Made by a program: the position numbers and the translations under genes
In this document: positions 14,417-27,887 of the stretch, in pieces
Layout: each line of letters begins with the position of its first letter
Numbering within the stretch: the stretch's first letter is position 1
Origin: Eledone cirrhosa
Lineage: Eukaryota
DNA length: 64,000 nucleotides
Direction: 5' to 3'
Assembly (NCBI GenBank): GCA_964016885.1
Contig: OZ024751.1
Location: forward strand, 41,168,001 to 41,232,000
The notes under the pieces: generated by a model
The model's input: only the letters and a program-made list of their open reading frames with translations
Told to the model about the DNA's origin: nothing
Database searches by the model: none

Positions 14417-15759
14417 TAAAGAATTATAGCAGGAACCTTAGCAAAGAACCTCACCATAGAATATATAAGAACAGATGAATTAGAAACCAATATATTTCAA
14501 TTATTGCACTTTTCTTGTCAATTCAGTTCCATTATTTAGATATGTATAGTTATCACTTCACAGAAACCAACTGAAGCGGACGTTTACTTAATCAAATAAT
14601 TTACGTTTGGTTTGCTTGAATACATAGATAATTATCATGATTGAAGAATTTGTAAAGGAAAACATGCTGAGGTTATCCAATTATCTTTAAAGGGTATCGG
14701 GTTATCTAATCATCTTTGAAGGGTGTCCACGTGTGCCAACAATACATCAACATTTCTCAGTTCCTGTGAAAATTTAATTTCTCTTTTACAATGCGTCAAT
14801 GAATTCCTACAATTTTCTCAATGAGGTATAGTGTAAAGTTATTCACAACTGATGAACATCTATCAACATATTTCTATAACAATATCCTCACTTTTGAATC
14901 TCACTTTTATTGAGGTGACAAAAAGATTATGTCAGAACATTTGTGTATCATTGTTTTGTGTATAGTGAGTATTTAGTGCATATTGTTGTCTCTACACGTT
15001 GTAAACACATTAGCTGCGCTTCGTTGACTTGTGACCTGCAACTCGAAAGGGCGGGGAGGGGGGCAGACTTCAAGGGATATATCTTCATCTTTAAAATATT
15101 AAGAAACAGAGAAAGTAGAAAGGTGAAGTCTGGAAGTGAAACTCTTGAAATTTAAGCAATAAATCTTAAGGGAAAGTAATGGAATGTGGTGCCAGAAACA
15201 ATACATTTATAATTGTTTCTACTTTAGGCACAAGGCCAGCAATTACCCAGTGCATTACTGGTACTTTATTTTATCGACCCCGTAAGGATGAAAGGCAAAG
15301 TCAACCTCGGCGGGATTTGAACTCAGATCGTAAAAGGACGTAACTATGCTGGAAAGCATGGCGTCCGACCCTCTACCGATACTGCCAATCCAATCCACAA
15401 TACATTTATAATGAATTATATCAATAAATATTTAGAAGTTTTTATTGATAAACATGTGAACTGTAGCAATAAGTGGTTAAAGACAGATTTTATTAATTTA
15501 TAGTGAAATTTCTTCTTTTCTTTCTAATATCAGCAAGATTCCTGACCTCAGTAAAGTGAAGTAAAGTGTCTTGCTTAAGGGAATAATGCACACACACACA
15601 CATACACACACACACACACATACACACACACACATATATATGTGTATGTGTGCGTGTGTGAGAGTGGCGATGCCGGCTATGTGATTAGAGTGTTGGATTC
15701 ACAGGACCAGATTTAGACCTTGGGGGCCCGGGGCAGTTCAAACTTGCTGGGCCCCTCAT

Positions 15760-15804
<45 letters not shown>

Positions 15805-16375
15805 CACACAAATATATATATATATATATATATAAAATAAAAATGAAATAAAATAAAAATGACAAATAAAACATTTTAAACATTTCTTTCAATGTGTCAC
15901 AATTTCTTACTTCAACATTTTGTCGACAATACAAAAGACATTTTTTTATATTTCCAAACATAGACAAATACCAAGGAAAGATATATTTATTTAATTTATT
16001 TACATAAAGATTGTGATCCTATTTTCCTCTATTTTCTTGTCAAAGTGTTGTCTCAGATTAGTTCTCAGCTCTCTTCATTTTCTTTATTTCTTCCTCTGTT
16101 ATATTCATCTCCAAATCGACGCTGAGTAATGCTTCCTATTTGCAATAGTTAAAATAATTGCTTTTTACATTTCATGGCAGGAGTTAGATAATTTTTTATA
16201 TGTCATCTTGACGTTTCTTTTCTTTTTTTAAAAATATATGTGTATATATATATATATTATGTGTGTATATATATATATATATAATTAGTAAAAAATTGAA
16301 CGGAAACAAAACAGAGAGGCAGTACGAACAAAGGATTATTAGTTTCACGCTCTTGAGAGGAGGTGGTGGTGGGGA

Positions 16376-16407
16376 ACGACGTTTCGGGCATAAGCCCTTC
16401 TTCAGGT
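16376..16407 (-). ncRNA. Minimal hammerhead-like motif in a PLE-like pLTR fragment (~16285-16520)
   Basis: Minus strand: ac CTGAAGA a gggc-ttat-gccc GAA ACGT C gt; stem I is only 2 bp. Confidence 0.55.
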
Positions 16408-16529
16408 GAAAAGTGTGTGGAAAGAGAGTTCCAAGGGTGTGTAGGGGAGTGGTGGAGAGACATATAGAAAAAAGGGGGTGAGAGGAAACGGTACAAATGA
16501 AATTAAATATAAAAGCATAATAAAAAAAA

Positions 16530-16593
<64 letters not shown>

Positions 16594-16667
16594 TATATTA
16601 GACAGGAACAAAACACAGAGAGGCAGTACAAATGGTAGTTTATTAGGTTCACGTTTTTGATATATAT

Positions 16668-17022
16668 ATATCATCATCATCATCATCACCGTTTTATGTC
16701 CGTTCTTCCACGCTAGCATGGGTTAGACGGGTTGTCCTGTTGTGGGCAGTGTCCGGTCGGCTGACCTTGTCTTGCTCATACGGGAACTGATTTTGGCTTG
16801 AATTCTACAGCTGGATGCTCTTCCTAACACCAACCTCATTTACAGTGAGTGGTGGGTGCTTTTTTTTCTGTGGCGCCTACACGACCACTTTGCAGCTGAG
16901 TAAACTGGAGCAATGTGAAGTAAAGTGTCTTGCTCAAGGAAACAACACATCACCCGGTCCGAGAATTGAACTCACAGCCTTTCGATTGCAAGCCCAATGC
17001 TCTAACCACTAAGCCATGCACC

Positions 17023-17025
<3 letters not shown>
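16668..17025 (-). mobile_element. Meta-domain-like SINE fragment with (TGA)n tail, abutting a CORE-type SINE
   Basis: Minus strand GTTGGTGTTAGGAAGAGCATCCAGCTGTAGAA resembles the recalled MetaSINE core; CORE head at ~16890-17025. Confidence 0.55.
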
Positions 17026-17077
<52 letters not shown>

Positions 17078-17108
17078 GTGTGTATGTGTGTGACTGTGTG
17101 TGTATATG

Positions 17109-17141
<33 letters not shown>

Positions 17142-17170
17142 GTATATATATGTATATATATATATATGTG

Positions 17171-17226
<56 letters not shown>

Positions 17227-17789
17227 TATACATATATATTTTTTATATATATATATATATGTAACACACACACACACATATATATATATGTGTGTGTAAA
17301 AACACACACACACACACACACATATATATATTTATATACATATTAGGCGCTATGATTATGTTGTCATAAAACTACCTTTCTTGAATTCTTAAAACAAAAC
17401 AACACGAAACAGAATTGACAATGTATAGTTTTATGTAATATATTTTACAATTAATATAATTTCCAAAATATGATTTTACTGTGAAAAAATATTTCTGGAA
17501 ACTATGAAACGCTATTTTACTTTTGTATTCTCTCGAATCTTCCATTAAACGCACGACAGGGTTAAGCTATTTCACCTGTGCGGTGAGAACACAGGCTTAC
17601 CCCCACTCCACCTCCAACAACAACAACAACAATGACAACAACACAAGCTGGTTGTGTATCCAAGCATCGATTGCAGAAATAATCTTAGATAATTTTAAAA
17701 CCTCATTAGAATGGATGAATTAGATGCTGTTTATTTTCAATTGGAATCCGTTTAGGCCTAGTTTTATATTAAGAAAAAAACCTTTGTGC

Positions 17790-18240
17790 TCAGGTGTAAT
17801 TGTCAGTATCGGTATAGCGTCGGACAATATATTTTGCGGTATAGAGTTACGACCCTTTACGTTTTGAGTTTAAATCCCGCTGAGGTTAACTTAGCCTTTC
17901 ATCATTACGGGGTCGTTAAAATAAAGTACCAGTAATGCACTGGGGTCGATTTAATCGACTTTCCCCTCCACCATAATTGTTGGCTTTGTACCTAAATCAG
18001 AAACCCTTATTATCATTATCATCATCATCGTCGTCATCATCATATGTAGTATCGGTAGAGCGTTGACCAACATGCTTGGTGACATAGAATTGCGGCTCTT
18101 TACGTTCTCAGTTCAAATCCCGCAGCGGTTAGCTTAGCCTTTCCTCCTTACTGGGTCCATAAAATAAAGTATCAGTGCTGGGGTCTATTTAATCGACATT
18201 CCTCTCCTCCGAAATTGTTGGCCTTGATTTACCAAAATCA
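17790..18240 (+). mobile_element. Two Nin/Deu-like SINEs; further + copies at ~24525-24855, 33618-33760, 36662-36830, 46227-46345, 54637-54825, 61573-61768
   Basis: Match to the family consensus, including B-box and central domain. Confidence 0.8.
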
Positions 18241-18786
18241 GCGACCATTCTAGCATAACATTCTGCTGATCTATCTTTAGTTTTACTTTTGAGCCTTTCA
18301 TAATTTCTATTTCACCATTTCGTTTTTGCATTTGTGTTTTCAGTCCCCCCCCCCCCCCCCCCCTTAACTACTTGTCAATTCAAATTCTGTTATTTTTTTG
18401 TTTTGTTATTTGCTTTTTTTTTACTTGTTGGTCTTCCCTGAAGACAGAAAAAACAATTTTTTGTTATTTTTTTTTGTGTGTGTTTTTTTTTCTTTTCTTC
18501 GTGCTTCGTAGCTAATTGCATTAACTCTCCATCATTCTTCATTAGCTATTTTTCTAGTCATACAGTGGATATTTTATAATAGATTCATAATTACTTAATG
18601 CTTCTACCATTCCTGTGTTCGTGTTGAATATAATCTGTCTTATATCTAATGTTTTCGGTGGTGTATTATAGACGTAGTCATTATGTTACTTGTTTCTCTG
18701 TCTAGTCCAGTGACAGCTAAACTATTGATGTCTATTATCTTATTATTTGCATTTAGTTTGCTAAGTAATAATACAATGTGTCTAAA

Positions 18787-18845
<59 letters not shown>

Positions 18846-18851
<6 letters not shown>

Positions 18852-19457
18852 CAGGTCACCAGTTGGTGCTACTGGTAACATGTATTCCAGTACAACCTGT
18901 CCCATGGTCGGGTCGTTGGCGACTAAACTGGCAACCCCACCAAGGTTTCTTGGTGAGGAGGGTGACTTTGGACATCCTGCAGGACTAAAAACAAAACCTG
19001 TCAAAAGGCAAAGGAGCTCTTAAGAGTCAATGGCCATCCAAAATCACCGGGAGAGATGACCCCTTAGCCTTTGTCAAGGCAGAATTCTAGGAGAAGGAAA
19101 ACTCTGATATAACACCTGCAACCCTGATGGTATCCAATGATGTTGACTTGTTCTTCTTTTTGGTAAATATCATCTTGGTTAAGAGAGTGGGACTGGCTTT
19201 GTGCAGTGCCTTTGCTCACTATAAAAGCTTCACGGCACAGGCATTGCTTTATATCTGGAGATCTCTCTGCGTTTGTCGTCGCATGGTGCCATGGGCCCAG
19301 CACTATGTGTCAATAATTGTCACAAGTGTAGTGTTTGTACCAGAGCTTTCAAGTCGCTGGCTGGACTAAAAAGTCACACTCGTTCGGCGCATCAGTGGGG
19401 GTTCTCCTACATGGATATAAAGTAGTGGCCGTACTCGAAAACGAGTTGGCAGCCACC
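18846..19457 (+). mobile_element. Longer copy of the ~610-bp non-coding RTE-like retroelement with a structured 5' end
   Basis: Homologous to 2234-2640 plus ~200 bp extra 5' sequence with nested stems; (TA)n on both sides. Confidence 0.6.
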
Positions 19458-19626
19458 ATATATATATGTATGTATATATATATATATATGTGTGTATGTA
19501 TATATATATATATATATATATATTTGCAAGAGATGTCAACATGAATGGACCTGTTATTTTTATCTAAAGACATTTTTTCCAATTCCAGCCTACCCGTCCC
19601 CTCAATCTATCTTATTTCTCATTCTT

Positions 19627-19662
19627 TCTTCTGACGAAGGACTAGCGTCCGAAACGTTAAGA
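19627..19662 (+). ncRNA. Minimal hammerhead motif (minus-strand copy at 41192-41227)
   Basis: tctt CTGACGA a ggac-tagc-gtcc GAA ACGT T aaga; lies within a ~150-bp element shared by both loci. Confidence 0.7.
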
Positions 19663-19742
19663 CCCTCTTCCTGCTATATCAAGCGTTAACCTAATATATA
19701 CCTTCCATATACTGTAACGATAGTGTTGTTATTTCTATTTAC

Positions 19743-19834
<92 letters not shown>

Positions 19835-20044
19835 GTATATAGGAAAAGAGTCAGGACCCCGACGGCTGAGCTCCGGCCGTTTCGACAGCTAGATCCGAAC
19901 GGTCCTGATCTTGCTGTCGAATTTCAAGAAGAGGGCCATATAATGTTGAGAGGTTGGTGTCTAAGCTTATGATGATGATGGTGTACCTTACTTCCAGTTG
20001 TATCTGGCTTCTATTTCTCTCACTTCTTTTTATATATATTTTTT

Positions 20045-20530
20045 TGTGTGGTGGTAGTGGTGGTGGAGTGCGTCCAATAGGCCGGCAAGTGGTGGTAGTG
20101 GTGGTGGAGTGCGTCCAATAGGCCGGCAAATACGAAAGATGAAGTTACTTGTCCAAAATGTCACACAGTGGGATGGAACTTGGAGCCGTGTGGTCTATCT
20201 TTTGTGTGGTGGTAGTGGTGGTGGAGTGCGTCCAATAGGCCGGCAAATACGAAAGATCAAGTTACTTGCCCAAAATGTCACACAGTGGGATGGAACTTGG
20301 AGCCGTGTGGTCTATCGTTTGTGTGGTGGTAGTGGTGGTGGAGTGCGTCCAATAGGCCGGCAAATACGAAAGATGAAGTTATTTGTCCAAAATGTCACAC
20401 AGTGGGATGGAACCTGGAGCCGTGTCGTCTATCGTTTGTGTGGTGGTAGTGGTGGTGGAGTGCGTCCAATAGGCCGGCAAGTGGTGGTAGTGGTGGTGGA
20501 GTGCGTCCAATAGGCCGGCAAATACGTGGT
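20045..20530. repeat. 117-bp tandem repeat (~3 units) with short terminal sub-repeats
   Basis: GGAGTGCGTCCAATAGGCCGGCAA recurs at 117-bp spacing (20106, 20223, 20340, 20457). Confidence 0.9.
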
Positions 20531-21037
20531 CTATCTATTTTATATTCAAGTTTTCTAGTGTCAACGAATGCGGAAGAGATTATTGTATTACATGATGACA
20601 TTTAGTTTAAATTAACCACACACACATACATACATACACACTAACACACACACACATACATACATACACATACATACACGCACATACATACACACACATA
20701 CATACACACATACATACACACACAGACATACATATACATACATACACACACATACATACACACTAACACACACACACATACATACATACACATACATACA
20801 CGCACATACATACACACACATACATACACACACAGACATACATATACATGTATGGTAACTTGTTAGCGATATCTCAGTTTATCTGTCTCTTTGTATGTAT
20901 ATACAAGTGTGTATGTATGCATTGCATGTATACATGAATGTATATATGTATGAATGTATGTACGTATATATGCATGTATGAATCGATGTATACACGCACA
21001 CATACATATGTACATATATATATATGCATACATAATA

Positions 21038-21078
<41 letters not shown>

Positions 21079-21115
21079 CAATATATACATATATATTATA
21101 CAATATATATATTAT

Positions 21116-21180
<65 letters not shown>

Positions 21181-21273
21181 TATATGTATATATATTATAC
21201 AATATATATATATGTTTGTATATATATATATATATTATATATATATATATATATTATACAATATATATGTGTT

Positions 21274-21354
<81 letters not shown>

Positions 21355-21359
21355 ATATA

Positions 21360-21433
<74 letters not shown>

Positions 21434-21441
21434 TATATGTG

Positions 21442-21540
<99 letters not shown>

Positions 21541-21732
21541 ATATATATACATATATATATATATGTATATATAATATAAGATCAAAAGATGGTTAAAGGA
21601 GTTCCATATATTTTATTATGCGCATTTCAAAAACAAACATCATCAAGCAATAATATGTGTTTACATCAGATAAAACAGGAGAACATGATATGAAGGCTAA
21701 AAAAAAATATATATGTATATATATATATATAC

Positions 21733-21832
<100 letters not shown>

Positions 21833-21984
21833 TGCGTTGCGTTAATGTTATTGTAATTTCTTACAAGAGATAACAGTCCAGCTCAGTCGAGTCCACAAAT
21901 CACAAATAACAAACAACAATACCAACTGTGACAGTTAGGTCAAGTAGAAAGTTGTACGGCAGGAAATTATTGCAGAATACAAAG

Positions 21985-22138
21985 AAGAATACAAGAATAC
22001 AAGAATACAAGTATAGAAGAATATAAAATTATAAGAATACAAGTATAGAAGAATATAAAATTATAAGAATACAAGTATAGAAAAATATATAATTATAAGA
22101 ATACAAGTATAGAAGAATATATAATTGTAAGAATATAA
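21985..22138. repeat. ~32-bp AT-rich tandem repeat
   Basis: Unit AGAATACAAGTATAGAAGAATATAAAATTATA, ~4 copies. Confidence 0.8.
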
Positions 22139-22380
22139 ACAGAAGAGAGAAGTTGAGGCTTTTACTGTTCTGTTATGGAATTATTCATCTCTAAGTCTGT
22201 TGTGTGTTGTGTGAGTGTTTACAAGTTGTACGTTGATGAACTGAAACCGTAGAAAGTGAAGGAAATGAAACGAACCCAAACATTTAATGACATCAGTGAG
22301 TGGTGTAGATAAGGTCAGGCCAAATATGTGATTTGGAGTGTTTATGATGTGTATTGTGTCTGTATATATATATATAGAAA

Positions 22381-22748
22381 GTATAACAAGGACGATTGAT
22401 TACTCCTTCATTGCATTTATTGGTAGGTGACGCGCGTTTCGCCGCTGATCAGCTCAAGGTTCGATCTGTATCGATCCTACCCGACTCAATAATCGGCGGT
22501 TCGAAAAGAGTCCGTCAAGCCGCCGATTATTGAGTCGGGAAGGATCGATACAGATCGAACCTTGTGCTGATCAGTGGCGAAACGCGCGTCACCTACTAAT
22601 AAATGCAATGAAGGAGTAATCAATCGTCCTTGTTATCCTTCCAATATATTACACTCTGTATAGCTCTACACCTCATCACAGAAGTGAACCTAAACATCGA
22701 GTGCTCTCCCGGGTGAACCTGCAGTAACTTCAAGTTACACCCCCTGGA
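22381..22748. mobile_element. Palindromic element with one-sided tail (family F6), carrying the 3' half of a hammerhead
   Basis: Arms of ~120 bp (22381-22637); each has GAA ACGCGCGT C acct..AATAAA; no clear CUGANGA; tail has ACTC..GAGTGCT. Confidence 0.7.
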
Positions 22749-22767
22749 TATATATATATATATATAT

Positions 22768-22866
22768 ATAGGGAGTCCCACAAAAATGTATACATACTTC
22801 AACAGCATTCTAATAAATATTGTCTGTACAGGTAATCAAAGTACGTATATATTTTTGAGGAACACC

Positions 22867-22873
<7 letters not shown>
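22768..22873. mobile_element. ~100-bp Tc1/mariner-type MITE
   Basis: Imperfect TIRs TAGGGAGTCCCACAAAAATGTATAC / GTATATATTTTTGAGGAACACCCTG in a TA context. Confidence 0.6.
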
Positions 22874-22919
<46 letters not shown>

Positions 22920-24133
22920 CTATGTCTGTCCTATTTAACTTGCTTCGTCTCCTAATTATATATATATTCTTGCACGTGACTGCTAGACCCGGATGAAACG
23001 AAGACGAAGAATTTCCTTGCATACCGTTATTTACCACAGATGCGATTTCGCTCTGCCTCGTTAATGTTCAATCAACACCAAAGTTCTACGTTCTGGACAA
23101 TAGATTTGAATCCAACCGCCGACAACATAGTTAGATGACCGATAATCAAACCAAACCGGAGTACTGTGATCCTTGTGATTTGAGAAATACAACCACTGAT
23201 AGTGTATCGAAGACCAGAAAACCATACTCCATAATATAGAACCAAGTGACTGATTTATGCGACCAAAATAACACTACACACATATTGGGTTAGCAACGAA
23301 CTAGGAATATTGGATGCTCCGTCAATGACCGGGTAAGCACAAATAGAATTCTATTTGCATTGAAATATACGAACTTGTGCATCTGTTGTGAGGTCGAACA
23401 CAGACACACACGACCGCACAGATGAGCGATGGACTATGCCCTATGGGTTGGACTAGCAAGTGCATTGAAAGATGTGTAACTCTAGTATACATATTATTTA
23501 TTATTAAGATGTATAAACTTGACACACTTATCATCTTATATCCTCTCAACTAATCACATTATGATTATATTTCTCTCTCCCGTTATCTCCCCCCATATTT
23601 ATAATATTTTTATTTAACAAAATCTGTTTTTTTACATTGTGTTTTTCCCTCTCTGATACTTGCTTATATTTTTTATATATTCTCTATATATTTTTTATAT
23701 ATATTTTTTTTTTATTTTCATTCATATCCTCCTTATATTTTATTTTATTCTTACTTTTATATCTTATTATAGTGAAATCTTCCCTATGCCTTATTATACA
23801 TTATTAACTATAGATTATTATTATTCTTATTCCTTTTCTAATTACCTCATGTACTTTCTCCTCCGTTATATATATATTGTATGCCCTTTGTGTGTGTGTA
23901 GCCTCTGCACACCCTCTGCACCCTACTATCGACGCCACCCCATCTATGGCTCAACTAACCACTCGACTCCCGGGAATGAATATGACCACAGCTAGTAAAC
24001 AAGGACCCACACCCAACCCTCCCGCACCAAAATTAGACTTATCGTCCCCTGCTTTTGCTCTTTACTCTCTTTACTCTTTGTTCTTGAATGTTTGGTTGGT
24101 AGAGTCCATAACACCAATCAAACCCCTTTTATA

Positions 24134-24185
24134 GCTCTGAAGAATCCTACGGTTACGTAAGGAGGAAACATTGTAAGCCAATAAA
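24134..24185 (+). ncRNA. Minimal type I hammerhead motif plus poly(A) signal, at the end of a ~1.3-kb TA-flanked segment
   Basis: gct CTGAAGA a tcctac-ggttac-gtaagga g GAA ACATTGT A agc c AATAAA. Confidence 0.75.
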
Positions 24186-25460
24186 AAATTTTTGATGTTG
24201 TAGACGCTCTTCTGTTCTTTATCATATATATATATATATATATATAAAAACACACATATATATATATATATATATACACATTCGTACATACATACATGCG
24301 TACATACATACATGCAAAAATACATACATACATATACATATAAATGTACATATGTATGTACATGTATATATACATAGAGAGTGAGAGAATGGAAATGAGA
24401 AAGAATGAAAGGCAAAGTTGACCTCGGCGGTATTTGAACTCAGAGGGGCAGAGAACCGAAACGAATATTACAAAGCATTCTATCCGACGTTCTAACGTTT
24501 CTGCCAATTCACTGCCATATCATCAGTGATGGATTGGCAGTATCGGTAGAGGGTCGGACGCCATGCTTTGTAGCATAGAGTTACGACCCTTTATCATATG
24601 AGTTCAAATTCCACGGAGGTTAACTTTGCCTTTCATCCCTACGGGGTAGATAAAATAAGGTACCAGTTATGTACTGGTTAATTGCTGGCCTTGTGTCAAA
24701 AGTAGAAACAATTATTTAGGTGACCCCTTGCTATTCTGAGTTCAAATCCCGCGGAGGTTAACTTTGCCTTTCATCCTTACGGGATCGATAAAATAAGGTA
24801 CCAGTTATGTACTGGGTAATTGCTCGCCTTGTGTCAAAAGTAGAAACAATTATTTAGGTGACCCCTATAATGTTATGATTGGAGAACATCTAGGATCCGA
24901 CAATATCAATGTTTTGATGGTTGATCTCAATACCGTAGAAACTTCTCCATTGTTGATAACAAAAGTAGCTTATTTTTTTTACTCCGAGCTCTATTATCTT
25001 AAAAGAAATCTATAATATTTAAAATCGAAGGAAATAATTTTCACTCTAGTAAGTCTATTAACTATAACCTACTATTTTCAAATCATATTCTATGGTTATT
25101 CACTGAGCACTTTCAGTCTAGTAAGTCTTTTAATATAACCTACTATTTTCAAATTATATTCTATGGTTATTCACTGAGCACTGATAAGAATTTACTTTCT
25201 ATAAAACTAAATTTGCTTATCATGAAAAGAAGCATTTGGACTTGCACGGACAGTGGTCATATAGTTTTAAGTGCGTAATATAAAAAAGGTAAAAAACAAG
25301 AATAAGGATAAAGAAAAATCAATTAATCGAAAGAAGCAAAGAAAAAAATAAGTTAGAAGTTACAAGAAAGAAGTATATTTGTTTGAGATCTTAAAGATTG
25401 CTAGAAGACATGATCCTGTTGAATAAGTATAGGAAGGTACAAAATTCATTCAATATTTCT

Positions 25461-25653
<193 letters not shown>

Positions 25654-25714
25654 TATATATATATATATATATACACATATATATATATATATATATACAC
25701 ATATATATATATAT

Positions 25715-25751
<37 letters not shown>

Positions 25752-25770
25752 TATATATATATATATACAC

Positions 25771-25911
<141 letters not shown>

Positions 25912-25933
25912 TATATATATATATATACACATA

Positions 25934-26015
<82 letters not shown>

Positions 26016-26034
26016 TATATATATATATATACAC

Positions 26035-26126
<92 letters not shown>

Positions 26127-26127
<1 letters not shown>

Positions 26128-26519
26128 CGATATTAATAAATGGAAACTATATTTATAAAACCATATTTATTCCATTATACATATTTCAGGGATACCAAAT
26201 TAAATTATGGTATGCCTTCATCAGACAAAATACAATATATAACAGTTTTACAAATAAGCTTTGACGTACCCTGTTAAAATGCAACCATTATTTTTGGAAG
26301 CTTATTTGTAAAACTGTTATATATTGTATTTTGTCTGATGAAGGCATACCATAATTTAATTTGGTATCCCTGAAATATGTATAATGAAATAAATATGGTT
26401 TTATAAATATAGTTTCCATTTATTAATATCGTATATCTACTCCAAATACTTGTCGAGTGCTTTATATCAGTTATAAAAATATTTACTTGTTGTATCCCAA
26501 CAATTTTAAATAGAACTTT

Positions 26520-26522
<3 letters not shown>
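26127..26522. mobile_element. Palindromic hammerhead element, family F1 (motifs: - 26168-26232, + 26327-26391)
   Basis: tattttgt CTGATGA agg c atacca..tggtat c cct GAA ATATGTAT A atgaaata; ~90-bp tail on the right side only; inserted in (TA)n. Confidence 0.85.
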
Positions 26523-26573
<51 letters not shown>

Positions 26574-26721
26574 TATAAGCAAAATGATTACTGAAAGAGT
26601 TACAAGCCGTTAAAACATATCTTTATACTTTATAAAGCTCTTACATATGTTTCGCCCAATGGGTCAGATATAAAGGCAAAGCTTTTAATAAAGTACCCTG
26701 TAACTTTTTATTATATATATT

Positions 26722-26749
26722 TTTAACTTATTTCTTTTTCTCTTGTCAG
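26722..26749 (+). promoter_or_regulatory. Splice acceptor upstream of the GPCR coding exon
   Basis: TTTAAC branch-like site, polypyrimidine tract TTTCTTTTTCTCTTGTCAG 16 nt before gccATGG (strong Kozak context); implies an upstream 5'-UTR exon. Confidence 0.7.
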
Positions 26750-26765
26750 AGCTTAACATTACGCC

Positions 26766-27887
26766 ATGGAGGAGAACCAGACGACAGATTATGGTTATTT
26801 TAACAACACCGTCTACCATCGTTATTCATGGCCTGTTGAGATCTTCAAAGAATTCTGTCCAGTAGCCCTCTACACTGACCGCTATGTCACTATTGTTTGG
26901 TATATTATTGGGCTTTTTACGAACCCAATTTCAGCATTTCTATGGATGCACCCACGAATGAGACGTAATAACTCTTCTGCAATATACCTGGCTGCACTGT
27001 CTATAACAGATTTTACATTTCTTTGGCTACACTTTATAAATGAACTACAAATAGCTTGGGGTATTTCAACTGTTGCATACACTGGAGTCTGTGAATTATA
27101 CAACTTCATCTATATGATCCCTCAATATTTAGCACCGCTTATTGTTCTGGGGTTTACCGTGGAACGATGGATAGCCGTTTGTAGACCATTCCAGAAAGAA
27201 AAATACTGTACAGTTAATAGAGCCGTTTATGTAGTGTGTGGTATTGTAGTGATGTGTACATCGCTGGCTTCAATACAGATATACATATGGTACTATGATG
27301 ATAAATTTCAAATTTGTACATACAGGGAAGGACAAATAAAAGACTATAGTTTTACAATTATATGGAACTGGTTAAGTGAGTTAACAATATTCGGTATAAT
27401 ACCAATTGTTGTGCTTCTCTTTAATATACAAGTAATTCGAGAAATTCGGAAGATTACAAAAGCTAACCCTGTTCCAATTCCTTATCAGATATCAACACCA
27501 AACAGCAACGCAGCGTCCACCATTACACTTTTGTCCATTTCCTTCTACCTGATCTTCACAACTCTTCCAGTAACTCTCGTATTTATTGTCGGAAGTAACA
27601 TCCAGATAGGGAATTATAACATGACAGATCTCCAAATCCGATCCGACCCTGTTTGGAATAGATACTTTAGTTTCTTAATAATTCGAAGATTCACCGAGGA
27701 ACTGTGTTTCTCACATTATGCATGTTATTTTTTTGTTTACTGCTTAACTGGGCATCAATTCAGGAGAGCCTTTGTGTCTTACGTCCCTAGAAAACTATGT
27801 CCGACAGTACAATCAAACCCCGCCGGATATACTTCAGTAGCGGGTAATGGAAGAACCGGAAATGATACTTGCACAACCTATGTGTGA
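26766..27887 (+). CDS. Class A (rhodopsin-like) GPCR, FMRFamide/sex-peptide/GPR139-142-like peptide receptor group, 373 aa, single coding exon
   Basis: Seven hydrophobic segments; GLFTN (N1.50), YLAALSITD (D2.50), TM3 Cys, FTVERWIAVCRPF (E/DRY region), ECL2 Cys, TM5 Pro, TTLP in TM6, FFVYCLTGHQFR TM7/helix 8; N-terminal sequons NQT and NNT. Confidence 0.95.
   Translation: MEENQTTDYGYFNNTVYHRYSWPVEIFKEFCPVALYTDRYVTIVWYIIGLFTNPISAFLWMHPRMRRNNSSAIYLAALSITDFTFLWLHFINELQIAWGISTVAYTGVCELYNFIYMIPQYLAPLIVLGFTVERWIAVCRPFQKEKYCTVNRAVYVVCGIVVMCTSLASIQIYIWYYDDKFQICTYREGQIKDYSFTIIWNWLSELTIFGIIPIVVLLFNIQVIREIRKITKANPVPIPYQISTPNSNAASTITLLSISFYLIFTTLPVTLVFIVGSNIQIGNYNMTDLQIRSDPVWNRYFSFLIIRRFTEELCFSHYACYFFVYCLTGHQFRRAFVSYVPRKLCPTVQSNPAGYTSVAGNGRTGNDTCTTYV

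Noticed and set aside
15040-15075. GC-box (GGGCGGGGAGGGGG) as the GPCR promoter
   Set aside because: A single motif 11 kb upstream with no supporting exon evidence; cannot be assigned from sequence alone.
20109-20513. 134-aa ORF with 39-aa repeats
   Set aside because: Open only because the 117-bp unit is a multiple of three; no recognisable domain or exon signals.
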